Source: a virus (taxonomy: Duplodnaviria > Caudoviricetes). From it: a stretch of DNA of 60,423 nucleotides. Shown in pieces: positions 10,058 to 19,814 of this stretch (positions within the stretch are counted from its first letter, which is position 1; each line of letters begins with the position of its first letter). The stretch is from IMG/VR virus record IMGVR_UViG_3300037470_000309, positions 1 through 60,423 of that record; one strand, given 5' to 3'. A program made the position numbers and the translations under genes. A model generated the notes under the pieces. It had not been told where the DNA came from. It ran no database searches and saw nothing but the letters and a program-made list of their open reading frames with translations.

Positions 10058-10097
10058 CCGCCTGTTAATTTTTCCGACCTCTCCGGAGGTCTCCGAC

Positions 10098-10122
10098 AAC
10101 CCCGCCTCGTGCGGGGTTTTTT
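10098..10122 (+). terminator. Intrinsic terminator
   Basis: aaccccgc-ctcgt-gcggggtt followed by TTTT. Confidence 0.7.
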
Positions 10123-10162
10123 CATGCCGCAGAGGCCGAGCGCCTGAGAAAGGAAGCGACCG

Positions 10163-11398
10163 ATGACCGAGACCGTCGACTCCGTCAACAAGACGCCCGC
10201 GCCCGTGCCCGACAACGAAGCGAGCTCCAACCGCTTCGTCGATCCGATGTTCCTGGAGAAGGCCGAAGCCCGCCTCGCCGACGAGCCGGACCAGACGGCC
10301 GCGGAGATCGCCGCCGGGAAGGCCGAAGAGGCCGCCGCCGAGGAAAAGGCGCGCATCGATCGGGGCGACCTGTCGGCGGACGAGCTGAAGGCGGTTCTCG
10401 ACGACAACCCGGACCCCGGCTCGGAGGCCGGGGCAGGCGATGATCAGGGCGAGGATGGAAAGCCCGTGGGGGCGGGTGACGCCGGCACCGCAAAGGACGG
10501 CGACGATCCCGGATCGAAGTCCGGGACGGGGGCCGAAGAGGCCAAGGCTGGCGAGGATGACAACGCCGGCGAGGAAGACGACGAGGACGAGCAGGCGAAA
10601 GACGGCGAGCAGGGCAAGAAGCCGCGCCGCCGCAGCCGCGCCCGCCGCGAGCGCAGGGCGATGGAGCGTAAGCTCGCCGCGCTCGAAAGCGAGATCGCGA
10701 CGCTCAAGGGCACCAAGCCCGCCGCTACCGCCGCAGAGGCGGAGGCCGCAGAGGCCGACGAGATCGGACCGGCACCGACCATCGAAGATCACGAGTTCGA
10801 CACCGGCGAATGGGCGAAAGCCTACACCGAATGGTCGGACAAGCGCATCGACCAGAGCATCCGGAAGGCCATCGAGACCCCGAAGAAAGCCGAGCAGGCC
10901 GCCGCCGCCGAAGAGGCGAGCAAGAAGGCATGGGCAACCTTCCGCGAGCGCGAGGACGATGCCCGCGACCGTTACGACGATTACGACGATGTGGTCTACG
11001 ACACGACCCGGTTCATTCCGGAGTCCGCCGCGAGCCTGATCGTGGAGTCCGAGCAGGGGCCGGAACTGGCCTACTGGCTTGCGACCCATCAGGACGAGGC
11101 GATGAAGCTCCGGGGGCTGAGCGAAGTGCAGCTCGCCCGCGAGATCGGGCGCATCGAGACCCGACTGGCCGCACAGGCCCCGCCGGACGATACCGGCGAC
11201 GACAATTCCGAAGGCGCCGAAGAGGCGAAGGCCGCCGCAGTGGCGGAGCCGAAACCGACTTCGCAGCGGCAGAAGCCGCGGACCCCAACCAAGGCGCCCG
11301 ATCCCGTCCCCACGCTCCGGGGCAGCGCGGCACCCAGCCGCGACCCCAGCAAGATGAGCCAGGATGAATACGAGGCGTGGCGCCGCAGTAAAGGATAG
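10163..11398 (+). CDS. Scaffolding protein
   Basis: Acidic, GPELAYWLA, C-terminal KAPDPV...MSQDEYEAWR; sits between portal and coat. Confidence 0.85.
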   Translation: MTETVDSVNKTPAPVPDNEASSNRFVDPMFLEKAEARLADEPDQTAAEIAAGKAEEAAAEEKARIDRGDLSADELKAVLDDNPDPGSEAGAGDDQGEDGKPVGAGDAGTAKDGDDPGSKSGTGAEEAKAGEDDNAGEEDDEDEQAKDGEQGKKPRRRSRARRERRAMERKLAALESEIATLKGTKPAATAAEAEAAEADEIGPAPTIEDHEFDTGEWAKAYTEWSDKRIDQSIRKAIETPKKAEQAAAAEEASKKAWATFREREDDARDRYDDYDDVVYDTTRFIPESAASLIVESEQGPELAYWLATHQDEAMKLRGLSEVQLAREIGRIETRLAAQAPPDDTGDDNSEGAEEAKAAAVAEPKPTSQRQKPRTPTKAPDPVPTLRGSAAPSRDPSKMSQDEYEAWRRSKG

Positions 11399-11406
11399 CC
11401 ACTCCC

Positions 11407-12639
11407 ATGACCCAGCAAATTCTGGAGCCGAGCATCATCGCCAAGGAAGCGCTGATGCAGCTCGAAAACTCGCTCGTGATGGCCGGTCTCGTCCATCGCG
11501 ACTACAAGAAGGAGTTCGTCAAGATCGGCGACACCGTGACCATCCGCAAGCCGGTGAAGTTCACGGTGACCGACGGCGCCACCCGCTCCAACCAGGATGT
11601 CGAGGAAGGTGCGACCTCCATCGTCATCGACAAGCGCAAGCACGTCTCGTGGAACTTCTCGACGCAGGACCTCACCCTGACGATCGAGCAGTACAGCGAG
11701 CGCTACATCAAGCCGGCGATGATCGTCCTCGCCGACCAGGTGGATCGCGACCTGATGGACCTCTACAAGCACATCTGGAACTGGGTCGGCACGCCGGGCC
11801 AGGCGATCAACTCGTTCAGCGACCTCAAGGAAGCGCCGCAGCGTCTCGACGAGATGGCGGTGCCGGCGGACATGCGCCGCGGCGTCCTCTCGCCGGACGA
11901 TGCGTGGAACATGGTCGCCAACCTGTCGGGTCTCGCGCTCAACGACAAGTCGGGCAGCCCGCAGGAGCAGGCCTACCGGCGCGGCCGTCTCGGCAGCGTC
12001 GCCGACATCGACCTCTACAAAGCGCAGAACGTCAAGCGCCACACGGTCGGTGCCCATGCCGGCACGCCGCTGGTCGATGGGGCCTCGCAGACCACCACCT
12101 ACGCGGACGTGCTGACCTCCTACCAGCAGACCCTCACCACCGACGGCTGGGACGCCTCGATCGACTTGAAGGCGGGCGACGTGTTCACCCTCGACGCGGT
12201 GTTCGCGGTCAACCCGGTGAACAAGGACACGCTGGACTTCCTGCAGCAGTTCGTCCTGGTCTCGGACATCACCACCAACGCGACCACGACCTTGGACACC
12301 GACCTGACCATCTCGCCGCCGATCATCACCTCCGGTCCCTACCAGACCGTCTCGGCGGCGCCGGCCGATGGTGCCACCATCGTCTATCTCGGCACGGCCT
12401 CGACGGCGTACCCCCAGAACCTCGTGTTCCACAAGAACGCGCTGGCGCTGGTCATGTGCCCGCTGGAGATGCCGGACTCGGCAGGATGGAAGGCGCGGCA
12501 GTCGCACCGCAACGTCAGCGTGCGGCTGGTCAAGGACTATAACATCGATGACGATCAGGAGATCATTCGCGCTGATATTCTCTACGGCGTGAAGGCGATC
12601 TACCCGGAGCTCGCTACCCGCGTCTCCGGCGCGTCGTAA
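11407..12639 (+). CDS. P22 gp5-like major capsid protein
   Basis: KIGDTVTIRKP, YIKPAM, NLVFHKNALAL, RADILYG motifs. Confidence 0.93.
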   Translation: MTQQILEPSIIAKEALMQLENSLVMAGLVHRDYKKEFVKIGDTVTIRKPVKFTVTDGATRSNQDVEEGATSIVIDKRKHVSWNFSTQDLTLTIEQYSERYIKPAMIVLADQVDRDLMDLYKHIWNWVGTPGQAINSFSDLKEAPQRLDEMAVPADMRRGVLSPDDAWNMVANLSGLALNDKSGSPQEQAYRRGRLGSVADIDLYKAQNVKRHTVGAHAGTPLVDGASQTTTYADVLTSYQQTLTTDGWDASIDLKAGDVFTLDAVFAVNPVNKDTLDFLQQFVLVSDITTNATTTLDTDLTISPPIITSGPYQTVSAAPADGATIVYLGTASTAYPQNLVFHKNALALVMCPLEMPDSAGWKARQSHRNVSVRLVKDYNIDDDQEIIRADILYGVKAIYPELATRVSGAS

Positions 12640-12720
12640 CCCTGACCCGCTGAACCACAAGGACTGACAGGCACGGGCGGCCACAGCGCCGCCCGTCGCC
12701 GTTTCAAGGAGTGAACGAAA

Positions 12721-13014
12721 ATGGCAGTCGAACACACGACCACCTCGAACAAGCGCAATATCGGTGGCATCACGCCCAATGACGGCAAGGTCTTCGGGCA
12801 GTCGGCCACCGACCTGATCGCCTTCTACGGCACGACTCCCGTGGTGCAGCCGTCCGGTGCCGCACAGGCCACCATCACGGCGACCTGGGTGACGCTCTCG
12901 GCCGGTACCGGGTTCGGCTTCCTGCTCTCGGACGAGATCATTTCGGTGATCGCGTTCCTGAAGGAAGTCGCGACCGTCTTCAAGACGCTGGGCCTGTGGA
13001 AGGGCTCTTCCTGA
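12721..13014 (+). CDS. Putative head-associated small protein
   Basis: Follows the coat gene; GQSATDLIAFYGTTPVVQ...LGL. Confidence 0.6.
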   Translation: MAVEHTTTSNKRNIGGITPNDGKVFGQSATDLIAFYGTTPVVQPSGAAQATITATWVTLSAGTGFGFLLSDEIISVIAFLKEVATVFKTLGLWKGSS

Positions 13015-13874
13015 TGCCCTTTCGCCTGGACTTCACGACAACGGGCCTCGTCCCTGACGAGACCTACGTCGCGAACGACAGGCAGAACGCGCAAAGTGGG
13101 GTGCCGTTCATCGGGCTTGTTCCCGAGCCGAACGGCATCCCGCTCGCGGTTGTCGGCGGCGGGCCATCGGCGGCCCGTCACCTCGACACCATTCGTCACT
13201 GGCCGGGCCATGTCTGGGCCGTCAACCAGTCCGCGGCATGGCTGGCGAAAGAAGGCATTACCGACAGGATATGGCTGTTCACCGTCGATCCCGACCCGCT
13301 TCTCGCGGGGCAGGAATGGATCGATGGCGTGGAACGGGCCTTGCTCGGCACCACCTGCGATCCGCTCCTCGTAACGACACTGGCAGGACGCGGTGCCGAC
13401 GTGCGGCTGTTCAACCCGCAGATATCGCCCGAGAACGAGGGCATCATGGCAATCGGCGGGTCGAGCGTGTGCCGTACCTTCATGCCGGCGCTCTGCCTCG
13501 GATACCCAAGCGTTGCCTATTTCGGCTGCGAAGGCTCGTTCGAGGGCGAGTTCGACGCCGATGGAGATTTCCGTCCCCAAACCCATTGGGGCCGCAACGA
13601 GTCGCGTCCGCGCCAGATGGTGGTGCGCTGCGGCGAACAGGATTTCGTGACCACCCCGGATTTCTACCTGACGACGCGTACGCTCGCCGAAGCGCTCCGC
13701 CGCTACCCCGGCGGCATGACCGAGGAAAGCGGCGGGCTGCTGCGCGGCATGCTCGAGCACCCCGATACGTGGGAAGTGGTCGCGCTGTCGCCGGCTCTGG
13801 CGCAGAGCGTCGTCACCGGCGACCTCGCGCAGGTCGTCAACGAAGCCAACCGCTACGTCCCGAGGACCGCATGA
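13014..13874 (+). CDS. DUF115/MAF (MptE-like, glycosyltransferase-related) protein
   Basis: LAVVGGGPS, WAVN, VDP, GGSSV, LGYPSVAYFGCEGSF motifs. Confidence 0.7.
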   Translation: MPFRLDFTTTGLVPDETYVANDRQNAQSGVPFIGLVPEPNGIPLAVVGGGPSAARHLDTIRHWPGHVWAVNQSAAWLAKEGITDRIWLFTVDPDPLLAGQEWIDGVERALLGTTCDPLLVTTLAGRGADVRLFNPQISPENEGIMAIGGSSVCRTFMPALCLGYPSVAYFGCEGSFEGEFDADGDFRPQTHWGRNESRPRQMVVRCGEQDFVTTPDFYLTTRTLAEALRRYPGGMTEESGGLLRGMLEHPDTWEVVALSPALAQSVVTGDLAQVVNEANRYVPRTA

Positions 13875-14110
13875 TCGATTGCAGGGACTTCCCGCCCAGC
13901 ATCCTGCCCGACCTGATCGACGCCCTGCGGCAGGGCAACGAGGCCAAGGCCGCCGAGCTTATCGCGTTTTCGCACGAAGCATGGCGCCAGTGGGGCGAGG
14001 AGCAGAACCGGATCGCTGAGGGCATCGGCGTCTACGTCATGCCCGGCGCCGGCCCGGTCCGCACGGAAGAGGCCATCCGCGCCGCTACCCCGAAATCGTG
14101 GCGCAACTGA
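13871..14110 (+). CDS. Hypothetical protein
   Basis: ATGA overlap; MIDCRDFPPSIL... Confidence 0.55.
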   Translation: MIDCRDFPPSILPDLIDALRQGNEAKAAELIAFSHEAWRQWGEEQNRIAEGIGVYVMPGAGPVRTEEAIRAATPKSWRN

Positions 14111-14133
14111 AGTCTGATCAAGGAGACAAGCCA

Positions 14134-14499
14134 ATGCCAGTCAACGGAGAAATCCAGCGTCGCCTGAGAGAGTACGAAACCCCGCAATGGGGCTACCGAA
14201 GGGGAAAGGACGGGGGGGTCGAAAAGGACCTGTTCGACGGCACCCTGCCGAAGGGATGGTTCGATAGCCCGGCGAGGGTGGACGGCGCCGATGACGACAA
14301 GCCGTCCGATCCTGAGCCCGTGAACGCCCCGGAGCCGGCCGACAACCGAATCGAAGCCGTGACGCCGCCCTACGACGACCGCTACGGCTTCCACCATCTG
14401 CGGCTGGAGATGCAGCGGCGCACCGGGAAAGGCCCGGTGCCGGGCACCACGAGGGTGGACCTGATCAAGGCGCTGGAAGCGCTGGACACCGCCCCGTGA
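14134..14499 (+). CDS. Hypothetical protein
   Basis: RBS AAGGAG; LPKGWFDSPA motif. Confidence 0.6.
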   Translation: MPVNGEIQRRLREYETPQWGYRRGKDGGVEKDLFDGTLPKGWFDSPARVDGADDDKPSDPEPVNAPEPADNRIEAVTPPYDDRYGFHHLRLEMQRRTGKGPVPGTTRVDLIKALEALDTAP

Positions 14500-15158
14500 A
14501 GCACGTCTTTCTCGCGACCCCGGTTCATTCCGGGGACGTGCCGTGCGAATACGTCAGCAGCCTCTTGGATACTGCCATCCTGCTGCTGCGCAACGGCGTG
14601 GCCTATACGCACAGCTTCATCATCGGCGATGCGCTGGTGCATGACGCGCGCAACCGGCTGGCGGCGTGGTTCCTGGCCTCGCCGGCAACCGACCTCCTGT
14701 TCATCGACGCCGATCTCGGCTGGGACCCGGCGGCGGCGCTGCGTCTCGCGCTCTCGCCCCATGACGTGATCGGCGGCGCCTACCCGCAGAAGCGCGAGGA
14801 CGGCGAGATGTACAACGTCGCCGCCCTGAAGCCGGGCGCGACGGGGCTGATGCAGTGCGACTATCTCGGGGCCGGGTTTCTCAAGATATCGCGCCGCGCC
14901 TTCAAGAAGCTGATCCCGCTGCACGAGGACAAGCGCTACCACGACGCGCACGGGACCGAATGCTGCGGCCTGTTCGAGGCGCCGATCGAGGGCGGCAAGA
15001 TCACGGGCGAGGATGCCCTGTTCTGCCGCTACTGGCGGGAGGCCGGCGGCAAGGTGTTCCTCGATCCCGACATCACGTTCCTGCATGTCGGCCGGAAAGC
15101 CTATCGCGGCAACTTCGCCGAGCTGATGGCGCGGGCCCCGAAGGGAGAGGCGGCCTGA
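14496..15158 (+). CDS. GT-A fold glycosyltransferase
   Basis: FLATP, ARNRL, FIDAD (DxD), GAGFLKI, GEDALFC, HVG motifs. Confidence 0.8.
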   Translation: MKHVFLATPVHSGDVPCEYVSSLLDTAILLLRNGVAYTHSFIIGDALVHDARNRLAAWFLASPATDLLFIDADLGWDPAAALRLALSPHDVIGGAYPQKREDGEMYNVAALKPGATGLMQCDYLGAGFLKISRRAFKKLIPLHEDKRYHDAHGTECCGLFEAPIEGGKITGEDALFCRYWREAGGKVFLDPDITFLHVGRKAYRGNFAELMARAPKGEAA

Positions 15159-15159
15159 C

Positions 15160-18036
15160 GTGGCAACCACGGCGCTGAACCTCATCACCCGCACGCTGCG
15201 CCTGATCGGCGTGATCGAGGCCGGGGAAACGCCATCGGCCGAGGATTCCAGCGACGCGCTCACGGCCCTGAACGAGATGCTTTTCAGCTGGGAGAAGCAG
15301 CGCGTTCCCGGCCTGTCGCATACCGCGCTCGCGCTGAGCGACAACATCACGCTGGACGATGCATGGCTGGAGGGGCTCCGCTTCAACCTCGCCGTCCGGC
15401 TCGCGCCTGAATACGGGAATCCGGTTCCCGACTGGATAACCAAGCAGGCGGTCGATACGTTCGAGGCGTTCCGCCTGCGCCGCGCCGACGCCGCGGACGC
15501 CGCGGACGCGACCATTAAGACCGCGGACAACGTGATCACCCGCGCGCTGCGCCTGATCAACGTGCTGAAACCCGGCGAGCAGCCGGCCGCCTTCGACAAG
15601 ACCAACGGGCTCGCGGTGCTCAACGACATGCTGTTCGCGTGGGAGCGCGAAGGCATCGACTACACGCATGTCTCGCTGGCCATCGGCGATGCCCTGACCG
15701 TCGATGATTCATGGATCGACGGCGTGCGGTTCAATCTCGCCGTCAGGCTCGCCCCCGAATACGGCGTGCCGATCCCCGAGCTCGTCGCGACGCGCGCGCT
15801 CGGCGCGTTCGAGGCCATCAAGCGGCCGGTCGCCGCGGTGGTCCAGGACGGCGCCACGGAAACCGCGGTCACCGCCGACATGACGATCCGCCGCGCGCTC
15901 CAGATCGTCGGCGTCATCGAGGCCGGGGAAGACCCGACCACCGGCAACCTCAACCACGGGCTCGCGACCCTCAACCAGATGCTCGCCGCGTGGGAGCGCG
16001 AGAACATCGAGTATGCGCACAGCGATCTCCTGATCAGCGGCACCCTCGCGGTGGACGCGAGCTGGGTCGAGGGCGTCCGCCTCAATCTGGCGCTCCGCCT
16101 GGCGCCGGAATACGGCAGACAGGCGCCGCAATGGCTGATCGACCGCGCAGCCCAGACCTACGAGAGCTTCAGGCGACCGCTGGCCGCCAACCCGACGGAC
16201 GGCGATACCGTCACCAGCAATACCGCCGCCAATATGGTGAAGCGGTCGCTCCGTCTGGTGGGGCTTCTGAAGCCCGGCGAGGAAGTCACGACGGCGGCGG
16301 AGAACAACGGCTTCGCGACGCTCAATGAAATGCTCCATTCGTGGGAGCGCGAAGGCGTCGATTACGCCCATACCAACATCACGTCGGCGGCGACGGCGCT
16401 CAGCGTCGACGAAACGCAGATGGAAGCCGTCAGGTTTAACCTCGCCATCCGCTTCGCCGCGGAGTACCGGGTCGAGGCGCCGGCATGGATCGTCGAGCGC
16501 GCCCGCGAGCTCTACAACAGTCTCCGCCGTCCCGTCGCCGCCGCGCCCGCCGATGGCGATACCGTAACCGCGAATACGGCGGCGAATATGATCAAGCGCG
16601 CGATGCGCCTGATCGGGGTTATCAACGCCTACGAAGACCTCAAGGCCACCGACGAGAACAACGCGCTGGTCGTGCTCAACGACATGCTGCATGGCTGGGA
16701 GCGCATGGGGATCGATTACGATCACACCAGCCTCGCCATAGGCGATGCGCTCGCGGTAGATGAGACATGGATGGAGGCCGTCAGGTTCAATCTGGCGGTG
16801 CGCCTTGCAGGGGAGTACCGCGTCGAAGTCCCGGCGTGGATTTCGGCCGTCGCAACGTCTGGCTTCGAGGCCATCCAGCGCCCGGTCTCGGCCGACCCCG
16901 CCGATCCGGATACCATATCGGCGAACACCGCCGCCAACATGATCAAGCGGGCCATGCGGCTTGTCGGCATCATCCGGGCCGGCGAGGACCTGACGGCCGG
17001 CGACGAGAACAATGCGCTGGCGACGTTGAACGAGATGCTTCATTCCTGGGAACGGGAAGGCATCGAATACGATCATACCACCCTGACCATCGCGCAGGCC
17101 GTCGCGGTCGATGAAACCCAGATGGAGGCGGTCCGCTTCAATCTGGCGGCAAGGCTCGCCACCGAATACGGCAAGCCCGCCGATCAATGGGTGATCGGAC
17201 GTGCGGCGCAGCTTTACGAACACCTGCGCCGGCCGGTGCGCGCCGATCCCACGGACACCGATACGGTCACCGGCAACACGGCGGCCAACATGATCAAGCG
17301 ATCCCTTCGGTTGATCGGGGTGATCGAAGCCTACGAGGACCCGACGGCATCGGTCGAGAACAATGCGCTGGCGGTTCTCAACGAGATGCTCCATTCGTGG
17401 GAGCGCGAGGGGATAGACTACGACCATACCTCGCTCGCCATCGGCGATGCGCTGACGGTGGACGAGACGCAGATGGAGGCCGTGCGCTTCAATCTTGCCT
17501 GCCATCTGGCGATCGAGCACAGGCGCGAGACCCCGGAATGGCTTGCCCTGCGGGCGCGCGAGACCTACATGCAGCTCCGCCGGCCGGTCGCCGCTGACCC
17601 GGCGGACGGCCAGACGGTTTCTTCCCGCACGGCGCAGAACATCATCCAGCGCGCGCTCCGGATGATTCAGGTGATCGAGCCCGGCGAGGCGGCAACGGCG
17701 AGCGACCTCGCCAACTGCCTCGCCACCCTCAACGACATGCTGCATGGCTGGCAGAACGAAGGCGTCGATTTCCAGCATGTCGATGTCGTGCTGGCGGACA
17801 CGCTGCTGATCGACGTGTCGTGGATCGAGACGGTGCGGGTCAACCTCGCCGTCCGGCTGGCGGCGGACTATCCGGAGGCGCGGGTCTCGCCGATGCTTGT
17901 AACTCGAGCGGCGGCGACGTTCGCTTCCATGCAGGCGCACAAGTTCGAATACGACGACGACCTGGCTGTAGACCTTGCCTTGCAGCCGCAGCACTTCAAC
18001 CGCCGTCTCGGCTCCTATGACATAGACGATGGATGA
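15160..18036 (+). CDS. Head-tail adaptor made of eight tandem P22 gp4-like domains
   Basis: Eight ~117-aa units TAxxxIxRALRLIGV...LNEMLxxWE...AVRFNLAVRLAPEY in the gp4 syntenic slot. Confidence 0.85.
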   Translation: MATTALNLITRTLRLIGVIEAGETPSAEDSSDALTALNEMLFSWEKQRVPGLSHTALALSDNITLDDAWLEGLRFNLAVRLAPEYGNPVPDWITKQAVDTFEAFRLRRADAADAADATIKTADNVITRALRLINVLKPGEQPAAFDKTNGLAVLNDMLFAWEREGIDYTHVSLAIGDALTVDDSWIDGVRFNLAVRLAPEYGVPIPELVATRALGAFEAIKRPVAAVVQDGATETAVTADMTIRRALQIVGVIEAGEDPTTGNLNHGLATLNQMLAAWERENIEYAHSDLLISGTLAVDASWVEGVRLNLALRLAPEYGRQAPQWLIDRAAQTYESFRRPLAANPTDGDTVTSNTAANMVKRSLRLVGLLKPGEEVTTAAENNGFATLNEMLHSWEREGVDYAHTNITSAATALSVDETQMEAVRFNLAIRFAAEYRVEAPAWIVERARELYNSLRRPVAAAPADGDTVTANTAANMIKRAMRLIGVINAYEDLKATDENNALVVLNDMLHGWERMGIDYDHTSLAIGDALAVDETWMEAVRFNLAVRLAGEYRVEVPAWISAVATSGFEAIQRPVSADPADPDTISANTAANMIKRAMRLVGIIRAGEDLTAGDENNALATLNEMLHSWEREGIEYDHTTLTIAQAVAVDETQMEAVRFNLAARLATEYGKPADQWVIGRAAQLYEHLRRPVRADPTDTDTVTGNTAANMIKRSLRLIGVIEAYEDPTASVENNALAVLNEMLHSWEREGIDYDHTSLAIGDALTVDETQMEAVRFNLACHLAIEHRRETPEWLALRARETYMQLRRPVAADPADGQTVSSRTAQNIIQRALRMIQVIEPGEAATASDLANCLATLNDMLHGWQNEGVDFQHVDVVLADTLLIDVSWIETVRVNLAVRLAADYPEARVSPMLVTRAAATFASMQAHKFEYDDDLAVDLALQPQHFNRRLGSYDIDDG

Positions 18037-18140
18037 CCATGCCTAACAGGACCATGGCCGGGGGAAAGAGCCGGCCCAAGCCGAAGCCGAAGCCGAAGCC
18101 GAAGCCCAAGCCCGTCAAGCGCCCGCGGCCGGGGTACTGA
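18033..18140 (+). CDS. Tiny basic (KP)n peptide
   Basis: ATGA overlap; SRPKPKPKPKPKPKPVKRPRPGY. Confidence 0.45.
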   Translation: MTMPNRTMAGGKSRPKPKPKPKPKPKPVKRPRPGY

Positions 18141-18141
18141 T

Positions 18142-18423
18142 GTGAAGCTGGTCCGGCTGAATCGCGAGCGCGAGCGCCGCGAGAAGCGGGAACGAGACTC
18201 GGCCAAGGCGTGGCTGGTGAACGCCGCTCGCAACGCACCCATGGATATCGACGGGTTCGGGCTGGTGGTCTATCGCAACGAGCCAGACGGCACGATTACC
18301 ACGCGCACCAACTTCTTTACGCGGAACACGATGGACACCGCGCGGCTGCCGGAACTGGCAAGGCGGGAACTGGATCACTGGGGCCGCAAGGTGACCCGGC
18401 CCGATCCGGACGATGACGACTGA
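18142..18423 (+). CDS. Hypothetical protein
   Basis: Operon-contiguous ORF coupled to the gp10-like gene. Confidence 0.55.
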   Translation: MKLVRLNRERERREKRERDSAKAWLVNAARNAPMDIDGFGLVVYRNEPDGTITTRTNFFTRNTMDTARLPELARRELDHWGRKVTRPDPDDDD

Positions 18424-19814
18424 TGCTGATTCCCTTCGCCGTCAACAGCTACAAGGCCCGCGCGCTTCCGTTCTCCGCCCAGCGGTGCGTCAACTACTTC
18501 GCCGAGTCCGCCCCGAAGGACGCCAAGACGCCGGTCATCGTCTACAACGCGCCGGGCATCGCGTCCTTCTCCGACGGTCTCGCGGGGGCCGTGCGCGGCA
18601 GCCACCGGATGAACGGCATCGCCTACGTGGTGGCGGGCGACCGGCTCTACAGCATCGCCGCGACCGGGACGGAAACATCTCTCGGGACCATCAACACCTC
18701 GACCGGCCCGGTTTCGATGGCGTCCAACCGGGCCGACCCGCAGCAGCTCTGCTTCGTCGATGGAACCGACGGCTGGATCTACGACACGTCGTCGGGTTTG
18801 CAGGAGATCGTGGACGCCGATTTCGAGGCGGCCGATACGGTCACCTTTCAGGACGGGTATTTCATCTTCAGCGTGGCCGGCACGTCGAAGTTCCGGATAT
18901 CAGCCCTCGATGACGGGCTGGATCACACCGCGACCGACTTCGCCGAGGCCGAGTCCAACGCCGACGAGGTGGTGGCGGTGTGGTCCTCGCAGCAGCAGCT
19001 GTGGGTGTTCAAGGAAACGATCACCGAGATCTACTACAACTCGGGTAACGCCGACTTTCCGTTCGAACGGATCGCCGGCGGGGTGATCGAGCGGGGCTGC
19101 GCCGCGGCGTTCTCCATCGCGGCCGACGACAACACGCTGTTCTGGCTCGGCAACGATCGGGTGATCTACCGCGCCGCCGGGGCGCCGATCCGCATCTCGA
19201 CCCACGCGATCGAGGAAGAGCTGCGCGGCAAGGATGTCTCCGATGCGCGGGGCTGGTTCGTCACCCTGGCCGGGCACAAGTTCTACCATCTGGTTTTCCC
19301 GACCGCGCGGCTCGCCTTCGTCTATGACGTGGCGGCCCAGCTCTGGCACGAGCGGGAGAGCTTCGGGGTGCGACACTTCCGGTTCACCACCTATGTCGAG
19401 GCCTATGGCAAGCATCTGGTGGGGGATGCGTTTCAGGGCCGCGTCGGCGAGCTCGACATGGACACCTTCACCGAATTCGGCGGCACCATGCAGGGCATTA
19501 TGACCGGCCCGCCCATCCACAACGATCGCAAGCGGGTGTTCCACCGCCTGCTCGAGATCGACATCGAATCGGGCGTCGGCACCACGTCGGGCCAGGAGCC
19601 GCAGATGTGGCTGGACTGGTCGGATGACGGCGGCCGCACCTTCTCCGTCCGCAAGCCGAAGCGCAGCATGGGCAAGATCGGCGAATACCGGCAGCGGCTG
19701 CGCTGGACCCGGCTGGGCTCGGCACGGGAGCGCGTCTACCGGCTGACCGTGGCGGATGCCGTGAAACGCTCCGTGATGGCGGCGCATCTCAACGGACAGG
19801 AAGGAGCGCACTGA
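18423..19814 (+). CDS. P22 gp10-like tail hub (packaged DNA stabilisation protein)
   Basis: QRCVNYF, DGYFIF, AESNAD, FPFERI, GCAA, WSDDGGRTF, GEYRQRLRWTRLG. Confidence 0.9.
   Translation: MLIPFAVNSYKARALPFSAQRCVNYFAESAPKDAKTPVIVYNAPGIASFSDGLAGAVRGSHRMNGIAYVVAGDRLYSIAATGTETSLGTINTSTGPVSMASNRADPQQLCFVDGTDGWIYDTSSGLQEIVDADFEAADTVTFQDGYFIFSVAGTSKFRISALDDGLDHTATDFAEAESNADEVVAVWSSQQQLWVFKETITEIYYNSGNADFPFERIAGGVIERGCAAAFSIAADDNTLFWLGNDRVIYRAAGAPIRISTHAIEEELRGKDVSDARGWFVTLAGHKFYHLVFPTARLAFVYDVAAQLWHERESFGVRHFRFTTYVEAYGKHLVGDAFQGRVGELDMDTFTEFGGTMQGIMTGPPIHNDRKRVFHRLLEIDIESGVGTTSGQEPQMWLDWSDDGGRTFSVRKPKRSMGKIGEYRQRLRWTRLGSARERVYRLTVADAVKRSVMAAHLNGQEGAH

Noticed and set aside
8041-10068. 675-aa alternative-frame ORF over the portal gene
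   Set aside because: Arg/Gly/Pro-rich off-frame translation typical of GC-rich DNA, without motifs
5943-17994. Long antisense ORFs (e.g. 5943-7709, 7625-9232, 11089-12735, 15709-17994)
   Set aside because: Shadow frames of high-GC3 genes with no motifs or RBSs
15160-18036. Assembly artefact or DGR template/variable repeats
   Set aside because: Units differ widely, including at synonymous sites, and stay in frame; no reverse transcriptase gene is present
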